DNA of 56,062 nucleotides, filler included, from Basidiobolus ranarum (taxonomy: Eukaryota): NCBI GenBank assembly GCA_040143965.1. It is 6 parts of 6 records of this genome, joined end to end, with 100 filler letters (N's around TTAATTAATTAA, not from the genome) between each part and the next. Parts side by side here need not be neighbours in the genome. Positions count along the whole stretch, not along the records: positions 9,377 to 18,646 come from JASJQH010000849.1; positions 18,747 to 28,008 come from JASJQH010000850.1; 4 more parts are not named here. One strand, 5' to 3'. This document shows positions 13,179 to 25,492 of this stretch, in pieces. The notes beneath the pieces are model-generated. The model saw only the letters and a list, made by a program, of their open reading frames with translations, was not told the DNA's origin and did not search any database. The stretch's first letter is position 1, and every line of letters starts with the position of its first letter. Made by a program: the position numbers and the translations under genes.

Positions 13179-13228
13179 AAGATATTGTCGTTCGAAATAC
13201 GCTTGCAAAAAAAGTAAATCAGTTATAG
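13179..13228 (+). repeat. Diverged third copy of the TIR of the 12051-12967 element
   Basis: aagatattgtcgttcgaaatacgcttgcaaaaaa aligns with aagatattgtcatttgaaaaatgcatgcaaaaaa at 12911. Confidence 0.6.
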
Positions 13229-14224
13229 ACTTAAGGGTGCTTGGCCTCCGTTTCTAAGTAAAGCTACTCAATGATCAATCTCGCTTCAGTAATATAGAGG
13301 TAATCACTCGCAGACTTAGCCTAGCTATCTCAAAAGAAAAGGCATTTTACCACACAAAAAAGTGAATTCTGTGATAATAATACTGTTTGTTGTGATAAAT
13401 TATCAAGCTGAACAAAAATGATTGAGGGTGTAGTATAATTGGCAATGGCAAATACTTGCATTCCGCCCTTCAAATATGAGTAGAATACAATGCAAGACTG
13501 TATTACATGCATTTAATAGAGTACCCTATGATTTATTTTTCTCAATTAGGCAGTACATAGTACCCTTGGGAACAATTAGTTTTGCTCAACTTTACTCTGT
13601 TATACAGAATCTATGGCTAATTGAAAGAATTGCCGGAATGACGGTTACTCAATTGTAGCTATTTTGGGACAAGTCTCTCCTAGAAAGGCTATCCATCGCG
13701 GGTGCTACTTATTCATAGCGTATATCGTTGATACTAGAGTTCCAATTTCAAGTCACTGCCAAAATGTTGCTCCTTAGCTCTGCTTCTATCAACATCCACA
13801 ATTGAGACATTGGTATATACAGATAAGACAACTAATACAAGATGTAAATTGTATGATAACAGTAATGTAAGTGTGAACGCAAGGTGAAGTTTAGTGATTC
13901 GATCCTTGATATGATAAAAATAGAAACTCTATCCTTGGAATAGTAAACAATAGTCCTGATTACTTGCTATGCCATATCTTTATGGATTTTAGAGTATTTT
14001 CGGGCTGATTACCGGATCTTCAGTAATCATGAAAAGCCGGTACATTTTAAAAATAAGATTGAAATGTGGAATTTAACGATTTTATAGCATTGTATTCATT
14101 TAAGTGCTTCTTTATAAGTAGCGATTTTATCTCAAAACCAGTGTTTAAATCATACAAAGAGGAAAATCGTTGCAATATCTAATATTGTAGGATATCCCAG
14201 TGAGTTAAAATGGGACAATCTCAA

Positions 14225-15835
14225 CTAATGGCCTTTTGAGATTTCTTCCACGGTTTTTCCTTTTGTCTCTGGAACGAAGATGTAGTCGAATATAAGGAAA
14301 AGGAAGTTGAGAACGACAAAGATAATGAACACTTTGGAGCCCATGGCATTGATTAATGTGGGGAAGATGAACCCAATGATGAAGTTACAGATCCAGTTCA
14401 CCGTAGTAGCTGATGAGATGACCACTCCTGCGGCCCAGGTAGGTACCATCTCCGGGGTAATCATGAATGGAACACAGCCAAGACCGATATTGAACGAGGC
14501 TGCGAAGCAGATCACCGAGAGCACCTTGAGTGCGTTAACATGTGTAGCATCACCAATGACCAGTAGTAAGGAGAACACTCCCATGCCGGCTGAACTGGTC
14601 ATCAGAAGTGGTCTTCTACCGAATCTGTCTACAATGAAGGAGATAACGCAGTTGACTACGAAGTTGAGCGCCGAAATACCCACTGTGATTCCTGAAGCAG
14701 TGTCCGCTCCCGTCGCCTCCGTGAGGATAGCGGTGGAATAGAAACTAACACCATTGATACCAGAGAGCTGTTGAGAAGCATGAATACCCATACCAATGAA
14801 TAACATCTTCCGTACAAACTTGTCTGCAAGTACATCTTTGATACGTTGCATCACGCTTGCCTCTTGATGTCCAGCTGACATGTCATGCTCATGATTGGCA
14901 CCTTGGACACCGGTACACATCTCATGAAACTCGTTCTCAATGTAGGCACCAGCGCGAAGCTTTTGAAGAGTGCTCTTTCCTTCATCCAATCGATTCTGTG
15001 AGATCAAGTATCTAGGTGTCTCGGGGCAGAAGGACAACAATCCCATTTGAAGAACAGCTGGTGCAGCAGTCAATGCAAAGATGATTCTCCAAGTGGGTAC
15101 GGTTGCCATTCCAAGGCCTAATGCCTGAGATATGAGAATACCTAAGGCCAAGAAGATTTGCAACAAGGCTCCCATGGCACCACGATATCTGGTGGTAGAA
15201 ACCTCGGCGATATACATTGGCACAATAGCTGAGCCAGCTCCACTGCCAACACCAACAAAGAATCGTCCGATAATGAACATTGGAACGTTGACCGAGGCTG
15301 CCAAGAGAACAGCACCAAGGATGAAGTTGAGATTATTCCAGAAGAGTACTTTCCTTCTTCCAACCCTATCAGCCATTGGTCCGGCAAAGAATCCACCGAC
15401 AAGACCACCAAGGGCGAAAACCGCCACAGCAAAGCCCCTATTTCATATCAACGAAGTAACATGTTAGCAAATTCTCAGTCAAATGTGACCACCATCGGAA
15501 TCCGAGAGCTATATTCGAGTGGGTGGAATGGACAAACAAATGGAACATTTGGAAACCAGCACTTACCACATCCAATTTCCCATAGGCAAACAGTTGGGAA
15601 GTGCTCCGCCTCCACTAGGGTCATTACATTCACGAATGATCTTCTCGGGGTTATTAGGGGCACCGGTGTTATAGCCCATGTTGAATGAAGCTAGTGCAGC
15701 TGCCATGGAAGAAACAAAAATGTACCAGGTGAATCCCTGGTGCCTGGAGTCGATCAGGCCTCCAGTCTCGATTCCAACGTTATCCTCGGCTTCAGTTCCA
15801 GAAACCCATTGCTCTTTTTTAGTTGTATCGGTCAT
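14225..15835 (-). CDS. MFS sugar porter (GLUT/SLC2A-like); 2 exons (15835-15567, 15437-14225)
   Basis: ADRVGRR, PMYIAE, PETPRYL, QQLSGIN, VDRFGRRP, PETKGKT motifs; 129-nt GT-AG intron (15566-15438). Confidence 0.93.
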
Positions 15836-18519
15836 GAAAAGTGACGATTTCTGGATACTTGTCTGTTCAATTACAGTGAGAAGTGAAGCCTAACAGTTGT
15901 CTGAATTTTAGTACGAAGTTGGGAACTTCTTATATATTTCCAAAAATGAACTTCGTTTTGTGAGTTCAAAGCGTATGTGAATATTACCTCTACAATCCAC
16001 TTCAATCCTACAGATACTTCCAAAAACGGCAGTAGCCAGTTAATCATATTTTCTATATGAAATCTTACACAATTGCACTGTTAGAAAATCCTTGCACTCT
16101 TTGGTTTTGGGCTCCGCAATAAGATTTTGAATCGTAAGCTAACAATATATCCAAATCATCTGACAACAGTAGTAGTCATATAGCGATGTTATATCATTAG
16201 TGCCTGAATAATCTCTAGCAAATAAAAAGATCAAGATGTCGGAAGATCTCAAGTATATCGCCATTATTTCATCAATCGTATGCACTAGCATCAAAGAACA
16301 AAGACAGTCTTGAAGCCTACCAGATGTATTGATTATCATCTCCAGGGTTTTGCCAATTTTAGGCCCCGATCATTTGGGCGTATTGGACCGCGTCTGCAAA
16401 TACTTCTATTTTCTTGTATGTTTACTTTTATTTAAAATTTTGTATCGAGGGTCTGAGATACTTACTACTTTATTGTACGAAAGGACCTCCTATCTTTCAT
16501 GCTTATTTACAATTAAGCTTATCGAAGCTAGGCAAAAGCATACATTCTAACCTATAGGATGTGTCAATAGCTCCCCAAACTATCATATATGATACATGAG
16601 GCTGTCATTATCAGTGCTTCATTGAAGTTAATTAAAATCGAAAGCAGATCCCAACCCTCCATGTCGTCAACCAAACAAACACTTTTTCGGAAAAGGTTCA
16701 ACCATTATGTAATTTGAAGTGGTTCCATCATTACTTCACGGCTCATCCGGAGGTAGATCTACCTGTCTCCCGCTTGAAGTAAAAAAATGTACTACGTACT
16801 ATGGGACTGTAATACTTGATAATCTCTATAGATCAGAACGAATCGCCCGACATTGAAGTGAAACTTTGGAAGGAGAGCATCGTTGTTTCTAGAAGCAAAG
16901 CTTTCTATTGGAATTGTATTTGAGGTACGTTCAGACAATTTACGGTGGATGCAAGGCATTAAGCACATGACTAATGACTGACGCTAGTGCATTCTAGCAA
17001 CTAGTACACAGCACGTTAATAGTTTCCCTGCAACCAAGTAGTATGTTTATCTGTCTCTAGGTTCCTATACAGTTTCACCGACTTCGCTGAATATCATGGT
17101 CCAAGATTGTTGGTGATTCTCTTTGTAGACATTGATACACTTAGTCGGGTCTAATTAAATGTTTCTAGTACTTTGTTATAGTATACTGCGAGTTGAACGC
17201 ATGACAAAATGATATACGATGGCAGGCCCGGAACACCAAAATGGAATATTGTGAACCCGGTTATCAGCTTCCGGTCTTCATACAGTAACCGGGCGAAATT
17301 CAACCGGTCGTTGCAGTGTGGTATTGGTTCATAACTTTATTAGGTATCTAAAGATGACCTGTGAGAAATCACGATGAAGAGCTTCAAGAACCGCTTGTCC
17401 ATGTGAGTAATTGCCTAATTGTTGAAAGTTCTCATAAAATTAATCACAGATAATCTCGAGAAAGGGTCCTTTAACTAATCCCCCTGAATCATACCTGAAT
17501 TTGAACTGCTTACGATCGCGTATTCCTATGACCCAGACTAAACCCATTGCACAGTCGATCTGATACTCTCTGTGCAGTAATTACTACAGGATTGATGACC
17601 AGTCACATGTATATCTTACCCAATTTTTTTCGAAAACCAGTTTACGTAGTGAAGTGGATATTTCAGATGTGGAGATTAATTTCCAGAATAGAACTGGCTC
17701 GCTATTTCTGACAGAGTAGACATTGCTTCTATTTGATAATGAGTTTATTTATAGATACTTCAAAGCATTGTAATTGAGGAAGCAAGCGTTGCCCATTGTC
17801 AAGTGCGAATTGCGCAATACCCGTCTTTTCATTCCGAAATAAAGCCATGATAGTATCGAATGGCATTTCATAGCGATTGAACATTGTACTAGCTGGCAAG
17901 AAACTCTTTTACTTGGTTACCATTTCTATCCAACAAAACCTAGTCCGGACCCAATGATAACTTTCACTGAATCATTCGTTTTGGCGTGTTGAGTAGATTC
18001 AACATCACGCATGCTAGTCCTGTTGAGGAAAATCTGGAGCCTTTCCAAGAAGAAAGGCATAACTTAATCCTATTTTGCCATAACTCTAAATAATCTAACT
18101 TTCTCCTATAAATAGGAACTTTCCATTGATGCTTTAATGATGGAATTATTATCTGAGTTCTATAGCAGCAAATGGTGAATGTTGATCAATTCATGACTCT
18201 ACTGTAACATCGCCAATCAAAATTTTAGGCCGCGGGAATCAAGATTTCGATCATCAAGTCAGATATACCAAAATAGGCTACTTCAATAATAGTGATTGCT
18301 GAATGCAATATATGTGTGTAACTTTATGAAAAATAACCAATTTATTCATAAGATTTATCAAATGCAGTGTTAGGGTTACATCTTAGAATTATGCGAAACG
18401 AGTTTTTATGGCTAAATCAGCATAAAATTTTAATATAGAGAGCAGTCATGTTGTGCACAAACTAGAGAAGCTGAGTGGTCTAGATAGGATGTATAGAAAT
18501 GATGATGAGAAGAACTTGA

Positions 18520-18646
18520 TTAATGGCCCTGTGAGATTTCTTCCACGGTTTTTCCTTTTGTCTCTGGAACGAAGATGTAGTCGAATATAAGGAAAAGGAA
18601 GTTGAGAACGACAAAGATAATGAACACTGTGGAGCCCTTGGCATTG
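18520..18646 (-). CDS. 3' end of a second, near-identical sugar porter paralog, truncated by the contig end
   Basis: Near-identical to 14225-14351; reads NAKGSTVFIIFVVLNFLFLIFDYIFVPETKGKTVEEISQGH*. Confidence 0.85.
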
Positions 18647-18746
18647 NNNNNNNNNNNNNNNNNNNNNNNNNNNNNNNNNNNNNNNNNNNNTTAATTAATT
18701 AANNNNNNNNNNNNNNNNNNNNNNNNNNNNNNNNNNNNNNNNNNNN
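18647..18746. other. Artificial contig linker
   Basis: N44-TTAATTAATTAA-N44. Confidence 0.98.
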
Positions 18747-18794
18747 GATGAAACGGATAGTTCATTGAAAGAAACCGATGGAAATAGAAGATAC

Positions 18795-19664
18795 CATATC
18801 TTGAAGTTGTGGCGATGATTTTGAGTTACTTCTGTAGGCGATTCTCAAACTTTTTCGATTCTTTTCCAAATAATGTACTAAAACGTTTAGATCTTCCTCT
18901 GATAATCTAACATTGTCGAAGAGTTGACTTTCGAACTTCTCCTTGAATTCATGAAAGGTCAATAGACTATCGGTGACTGCAAAGGTGGAACTTTCTGCTT
19001 GTAAACGACAGGCTTTATCTCCTGCTTCCTAATATATATATATATGAATTAAAGTCAATACACAATAAACCACAAACGGGAAAAGTTTCATAAAGGCACC
19101 TTTAATAGGCTCATGATGGCGTATTTTCCGGTCAGTTTACTATTCTTCGAGTCATCAGCCAAGCTAAGCTGCTGTAATCCCCAAAGCAAAGGTGATGTGA
19201 GCAAAGTATCAACCAACCAAGGACCCCAACCACTTTTTTCAGCAGTGAAAATTTTAATGGGGGTCAATTCACCAGAATCGATCATCTCCGACTAGAATAG
19301 TAAAAAAGGAAGTGAAGAATTCTTTAATAAAGTGAGAGATAAAGTAAAACCAAATTTTTCTATTTACCACAACTTCACCAATACCCATAGGGGTATCCCC
19401 CTCTTTTTTAAATACTTCTTCTAAACCCTCTACATTCAAACAAAGTACTTCGTAGTCTGTATCTCTATCTCTACTGGGTATCAAACCACGTTTAGAACTC
19501 TCTAGGATGACCTTTTTCCAAAAGTTTACGTTCGCTTCATAACCTACTCGGTTGAGTTCTTTCGACATGGAGAAATCGGAAAATAAAGAGGAGATTCGAG
19601 AAGTGGAATTCCATTCTGGTAAACTATTCAAATAACTTTTTAAATCTCTTTCTTCACTAACCAT
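18795..19664 (-). CDS. CHMP7: CHMP7/Cmp7-like ESCRT protein, N-terminal winged-helix part; exons 19664-19368, 19291-19100, 19028-18795; 3' part missing
   Basis: RISSLFSDF..K..N..GYEANVNFWKKVI, F...G.TPMGIGEV and W-rich WLVDTLLTSPLLWG segments resemble CHMP7 N-termini; GT-AG junctions keep the frame. Confidence 0.8.
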
Positions 19665-20119
19665 GATATGAATATTGGTTCAAAAAGAGAAAAAGAATGG
19701 ATGTTATTAAAAGGATTCCAAGGTTGTTATTGAAAGTTTGAATGAGCATTTTCATCCGATCTGATTCAATCTGATTGGATGTACAGCTGCGTCAATACAC
19801 AATCATCAACTAGCAACTAACAGTCACAACCAGCCATAACTAGGGGCTGGTACATAGTGATAAACTTGAATCCATGGATTAGTAAAAGCATTTGCACTAT
19901 CATTCAGAATCAAGCTGTAACAATAAGATTTATTGCGTAAAGGTGATATTTGACCGACATCTGTGGTTATATTAACAATCGAAGAGAGTAGTTAGAGGCG
20001 AAGGTGATATCGATGGATTATTCTAAGCAAATGTACAAGTTAAGTGGAATCTATGTGTCAAAAGTAAAGGCGATGGTAGTGATGATAGTAGTAGTGGTGA
20101 TGTCTATGTTATCGAGATT

Positions 20120-21091
20120 TCAAGCAGCTAGAGATGCCTCGTAGTAAGGTGGCAAGCCCATGGTATATGGTGGTGGTTGAACATAGATTGGCAAAGACTC
20201 AAAGGGATCCTTAAGAGTGTCAGAGATGATAATAACTGGCAATTGGATGTTGATCTGTTCCCGTCTTTGAGTGATGCGATCTACTAAAACCACATGACAT
20301 TGTATTTGATGGATTATATTGATTGGGGTAGTCTGACAATCTGAGTTCAAATTGCGCATATTTGTAGGTAAGGCAACGGAGGAGCTGAGCTCTCCTAATT
20401 TACACACTGGATTGTTGATGCTAGTGGAGCTGATTTCTGTGACACACTGCTTTTCGAAGCCTTTACTGGGCAGTGAAAACTTGCGAACCTCTATCAGTGA
20501 AATGTTGATTGAATCGAGAGAAAGCGAGGCATCAGGAACCATCTGAAAGTTGATAGGTATATCTTGGCCTGGAAGAAAGCATCCAGAAGGAAGATTAAAG
20601 AAGTATTCCAATTTTCCCCTAGCGGCGCCGGCAGAAAGTACAGGGTCGACCAACTCCATTTTTCCACTAACTAAGTTCCGTTTAATGGAGATCCCCTTCT
20701 TTTTCACCAAATTAAATGAAAATAAAGATCTCTCAACAGTAGCGACGAAACCGTAGCTAATAATAGCGTTTTGGCATGCCACACTTTCTGGAGTGTTTCC
20801 GGGGAGTTGCATAGTAAATGGATATCTGTAGCAACCAGGGGTCAATATACGAGGTTTATCTTTAGCTTCAAAAAGGTTCCAAGAATTTTGTGCGATAGTG
20901 TTGTTAACCCATCCTTCGGATTCGATGAACATGTCCAACAACCCTAAGAAGCGTAGGGTGATGGAATTCACCTTGGTAGGCTTGGTGAGGGTTAACCGAA
21001 CATATCCTTCAAGGAGTCCACCATTGGACTCTAAACAAGAACCATTTACCGTAACTTCTTCACAAGGAAGTAATATTTCTAGAGTAGCCAT
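20120..21091 (-). CDS. Alpha-arrestin (ART-type Rsp5/Nedd4 adaptor), intronless, 323 aa
   Basis: LEGYVRLTL..PTKV..I.L.F.G and G.Y.YPF...LPG..PES arrestin-N signatures; C-terminal PY motifs PPPY and LPPYY. Confidence 0.85.
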   Translation of the reverse strand: MATLEILLPCEEVTVNGSCLESNGGLLEGYVRLTLTKPTKVNSITLRFLGLLDMFIESEGWVNNTIAQNSWNLFEAKDKPRILTPGCYRYPFTMQLPGNTPESVACQNAIISYGFVATVERSLFSFNLVKKKGISIKRNLVSGKMELVDPVLSAGAARGKLEYFFNLPSGCFLPGQDIPINFQMVPDASLSLDSINISLIEVRKFSLPSKGFEKQCVTEISSTSINNPVCKLGELSSSVALPTNMRNLNSDCQTTPINIIHQIQCHVVLVDRITQRREQINIQLPVIIISDTLKDPFESLPIYVQPPPYTMGLPPYYEASLAA

Positions 21092-24000
21092 TATAGTAAT
21101 TGGAAGTGAATACAGTTGAGTAGATTTGATCTTCTATGCTATGATTTCTGCCGACTGTAGGTGCCCATCTTTTATAGTCTCTAAGCCAGTAGCACCAGTC
21201 AACGCTCCAAAAAAGGATTCAACGCTTTGAGCCAATCTGGATACAACAAAATACTACACAACTGAATATCAATATTGACTCATGGATGATATACCTAATA
21301 TAGAGCCGTTGAACTTAAATGGTATGTCCCAATATGGACCCGATAGACCTGCCCTTACCTCATATATACAGTGGAATTGTACGTAACCATATTAGTGATG
21401 ACGAAATTCAATAGACTGCCCTTATCATTTGTATTTGAAGTTCGGCTATTGCATTGATTGGCCAAGTCTGTGATGAATTGGGTGGAGTTAAGGTGCTCAA
21501 GTGATATCTGCTTCCTATATCTTCCTGTCGACCCCCGACTGTAATCACGACCATATCGTTGGATCAACTTCTTGAAGCAGTAACAAAGTTGACATATTCA
21601 TTTTGGCTCAATTTATAACACGAATGTTTACTTTTCTGATGGGGGTCGCTAATTCCCTCTTGATAACGTATGAGCGATAAGGCATGAGCGGTAAACTGGG
21701 AAAGTTCAAATCAAATCTGTAAAGTTTCAAATGTAGCAATGAGAGAACCATCATTACTATAACAGATGTGGATGTAACTATATATGTTTGTATTGAGTAA
21801 ATTAACATGCTATGGTTATGGCTATGGCTATGGTCGTAGTGATGGTAGTAGTGACTACCACGAGTAGCTAAGCTATTGATCGGTTCTTAGCAACATCTAT
21901 TGCACAGTTTTCAAAATGCGGTGATATACTTTCATCTCAAGATCTCAATATAGGCTGCAGTCTAGTAATCCCGTCAAAGCCCATAGTTGTATCTCACACT
22001 ACCGAAATCATATTAAGGAACAGAACGTAACAACCACATATAGAACGAGCCCTCTTGTAGAGAAGAGTTTCATTGATTTATTTCACAAAACTCGATTCAA
22101 TTCAATTGTAGAAAGCTCATTTAAATCCGATCTTTGACGAGATTACTCTGATTGCCCATTACTTTTTCCAGTAATAATCGACTTTTTTCTAATCTATGAC
22201 AATTGTCCCAAGATTAGAGTCAAATCAAAGGCATGCTTTGAAAGTCCTGTCCCTGATACTTTGTGTACCTCAGCTATGTTCAAAGAGATGGAGTATCCAG
22301 ATTCTTGGTCATGTTTACGAGATTCCCGCACAGAGAGTGGCACCAAGGTCTCAACCAATTACTCCACTTGGACCTACATGAGATTGAAATTGAAGTACGA
22401 AATCAAAGCATTTAAGCCCAAACTAGAATTTCTAAGCATGATCCAATATTGATGAACCACTAAGCTTTGAGCTGGAGATGAAAAACGTTTAAACGAGCAT
22501 TACATCGATATCTACATTATTGGTCAAGCTAATACAGATTGGGAATTCATGTGTTCCTCGTGAACACTATTTACCATTTGAACGAAAGGAAGAAAATATT
22601 TCCAGAATCATCAAAGTTCGTCGAGCCGAAATCGTCAAGGGGCTAGAGCACGAGGTAGTCGGGTGAGATTCCATAATAGGAGCAGTTTATGGTTTTGAGT
22701 TAATAACGAATGGCGAATGGATTGGTAAGTGGATTAGCGATTATACATAGATATGTTTTGAATCACAAGATCAACTTCCAAAAAAGTGTCGATCAAGAAC
22801 TATGTGGGTCAGAGCGATCTTGGAACGAAATGTTTCAAGGGCAGGACTTTCTATATCCACTTTGAGCGAATTCTACCATTTAGTTGGCATACATTGGCTG
22901 GTTGAAGGATATAGCCCACATTATTTGGTCAATGTTCTCGCGTGTAAAGCCACCTTCTAAGTTCAATAGATATTGGATTTACTTTTAAGCTATACGATAC
23001 CTGTCTATAGACGAAGTTCGAGCCCAGCTAAGATATGGCTTGCGGAAGAATATGCTCTCCAGTTTCTTAATCAACCACGTATCTGAACTTCATAACGACT
23101 TGCAGTTCCGTCATTAGATGCAGCAACTCTTGACTTCGCATTATTCTTGCTGGATGCAATCAAATTTGAAGAAATATCAAGTTAATGCACAATGATTCAT
23201 TAGTACTCACATGATCGAGATTTACTGAGCGATTCTCGAAGTTCACTTCCATGAGTTGATCTAGATTGTAGCTGAAAAGAGTCAGCTCACTACTTTTCTG
23301 AGTATTGAGCGCTCATAGATGGGATTATCACTGTGATTATATCGGGCTAACTACTTCGATTACATCTGGTGTCTGGACTTCTCTGGAGTTTTTATTAATC
23401 CCATGGTTGTTTTGAAGTCAGATCATGCTTCTAAAAGGCAAGGATGGAGAAATCTGGGTTTTAGGAATTAGGGTTTGAGATGCTTACGTAGAATATCAAT
23501 AACATCCAGGTTGGATGTGCACAAATTTAGTTGCTACTAATTGTTGATTAGCTGACTCTTCAATCAGATGGTTATATCCGGTATGAAGCCACTAAATCTA
23601 TGGTGATTATGAAGAGGATTAAATTTCACTACAAAAGATAGGGTTGGGGTTTATGTAGAGGATGCAACAATTAAGTTTACAGCCAGCTCTACTGTGTCCA
23701 AATATTGAGGTATATGGCCGAATCTACTACCTGGCAATCATTGATTCTATATGCCATCATTGCAATCAAACAAATAATCAACTATTCCATAACGCTAGCT
23801 ATTATTTGCATTCTCTGAATTGTCAGCTAGTGTGCACTTGAAAGCTATGGAAAGATTTCAGAAAATAGCAAATATTTAGAAGCCACCCTTAGTATCATAT
23901 GGATTACAAATCTCACCAAAAATAGATTCCAATCCAATAGGCCCAATAAGATCAGTAACTGTGATTCCCAAGATACATCAAACCATGGCTAGTTATTCAG

Positions 24001-25492
24001 GCCTTTCTATTGGACACTGCTTGCTAGAATTAACAGTATTTGTGATCAATGAATTCATGTGAAAACTAAAGGTGGTTTAACCTGCATACTACATATCATC
24101 TAGCTAATAAAATACGGTTTTAGGTATAAATAGGTAGATTGAGTGGTGGGTATATATATACATGCATGGCTTTGGTACTGCCCAATGTGAATCCCAAACA
24201 TAAGTTTCAAAGAGTTTCGATTTGTCGATCCAGTGAGAAATGGTAAAGCTACATTCGATATATATATCCATTAGGTGCTTAAACCAAGCCAATTTTAAGT
24301 GGAAGTCGAGGTACCTAGCTAAATACACAACTAAACGCAATTTAGATGTGATAAACGTTAAGGGGTAAGGTTGTTGATCCAAGTGCTTCAGTTACTTAAT
24401 GCCATAAATCTCACCAAACCCTTGGTAAAACCTTGCGTCCCAAATACGATCCACATCATTGGTACAGCCATCGAGACTGCTACTTTCGATGGATTATCCT
24501 GCGTTTCACGATCAACTTGCGGATCCACATTCCATTCGTAATGTTCATTGCTATTAAAGCGATACCAAAAAAACACCAAAGCTGTGCCAAAGTTCTACCA
24601 AAACTCACTTGAATGTGACAACGTGAGAATAGCCTACGTAATATCGATGTTGATCGGTGATTTCCTGCATTCATATCATAACGTCAACGGTGTTTGAAGA
24701 TGAGAGTTAGGTTGAAACGAGAAATGAGGCAAGAGTACTATTATTCATTTTTCACATGAAAGCTACCATGATGGTGAAACAGGGCATATCAAAGTACTGT
24801 TGAGTTGTATCAAACAGGGTCATTTCACCACAATACAAGCGTTAAAAAATACAAGGAAAGTGAAAAGTAAATGTACAATCTAGTGTAGGGTGGATGGTAC
24901 TAGAGCTCAATCCATTGAACGGACAAGTCATCATAACTGATCCAACGATAGCTCAGCATAAGGCTCAACCTTGGTATAGTACAAGAAGGTACTTTTCATG
25001 AATCTTACCTGAAACCAAGCGCATTTGGATCCAAAAAGTTGTATCCGCTTGACCTCATTTGTCAAATTAAGCATTGCAGTCACAGCAGCGGAGCGATGCG
25101 GGATATGGCACGGATGGAAATAGTACGAACAGTGTTTGATGTGCATATACCATTTTCAAATCCATATCTCAATCAAGTGCAAATCCTAATTCAGATCGTA
25201 ATCCAGATCTGCGTGAATATTCTATTGAATCTCAACTTGAAACGGATCTAGTGTGCAAGGGACTAAGCCATATTGAACTCTATCCTATAAATAACAAGAC
25301 GTCCATCTAAAGCTCGATTATCCCAGATTGGAGAGTCATCCGTTGCTTGACTTAATAACAGATCAAATTAAACGTCCTTTCAAAGCCCGGTTTGATTGAT
25401 CAATATCATCCTATCCCCAACATATCCTATCTATCTTTGGATTCTTTGAGCATCCGACACATCAAGTTGTTTCAAAGAAATCGCCACCAAAA

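Noticed and set aside
14307-15893. Plus-strand ORFs overlapping the sugar porter, and similar antisense ORFs over kinesin, arrestin and KRE6 copies
   Set aside because: Shadow frames of real genes with no independent motifs.
17255-17293. CCCGGTTA...TAACCGGG short inverted repeat in a CGG-rich patch upstream of the sugar porter
   Set aside because: Only 8-bp arms; could be Zn2Cys6 sites but cannot be separated from chance.
22196-22290. tRNA-like or tRNA-Sec-like sequence on the minus strand (tagctgagg...ctttcaaa...tttgactc)
   Set aside because: Anticodon and acceptor stems do not pair and the B-box is poor; no cloverleaf could be built.
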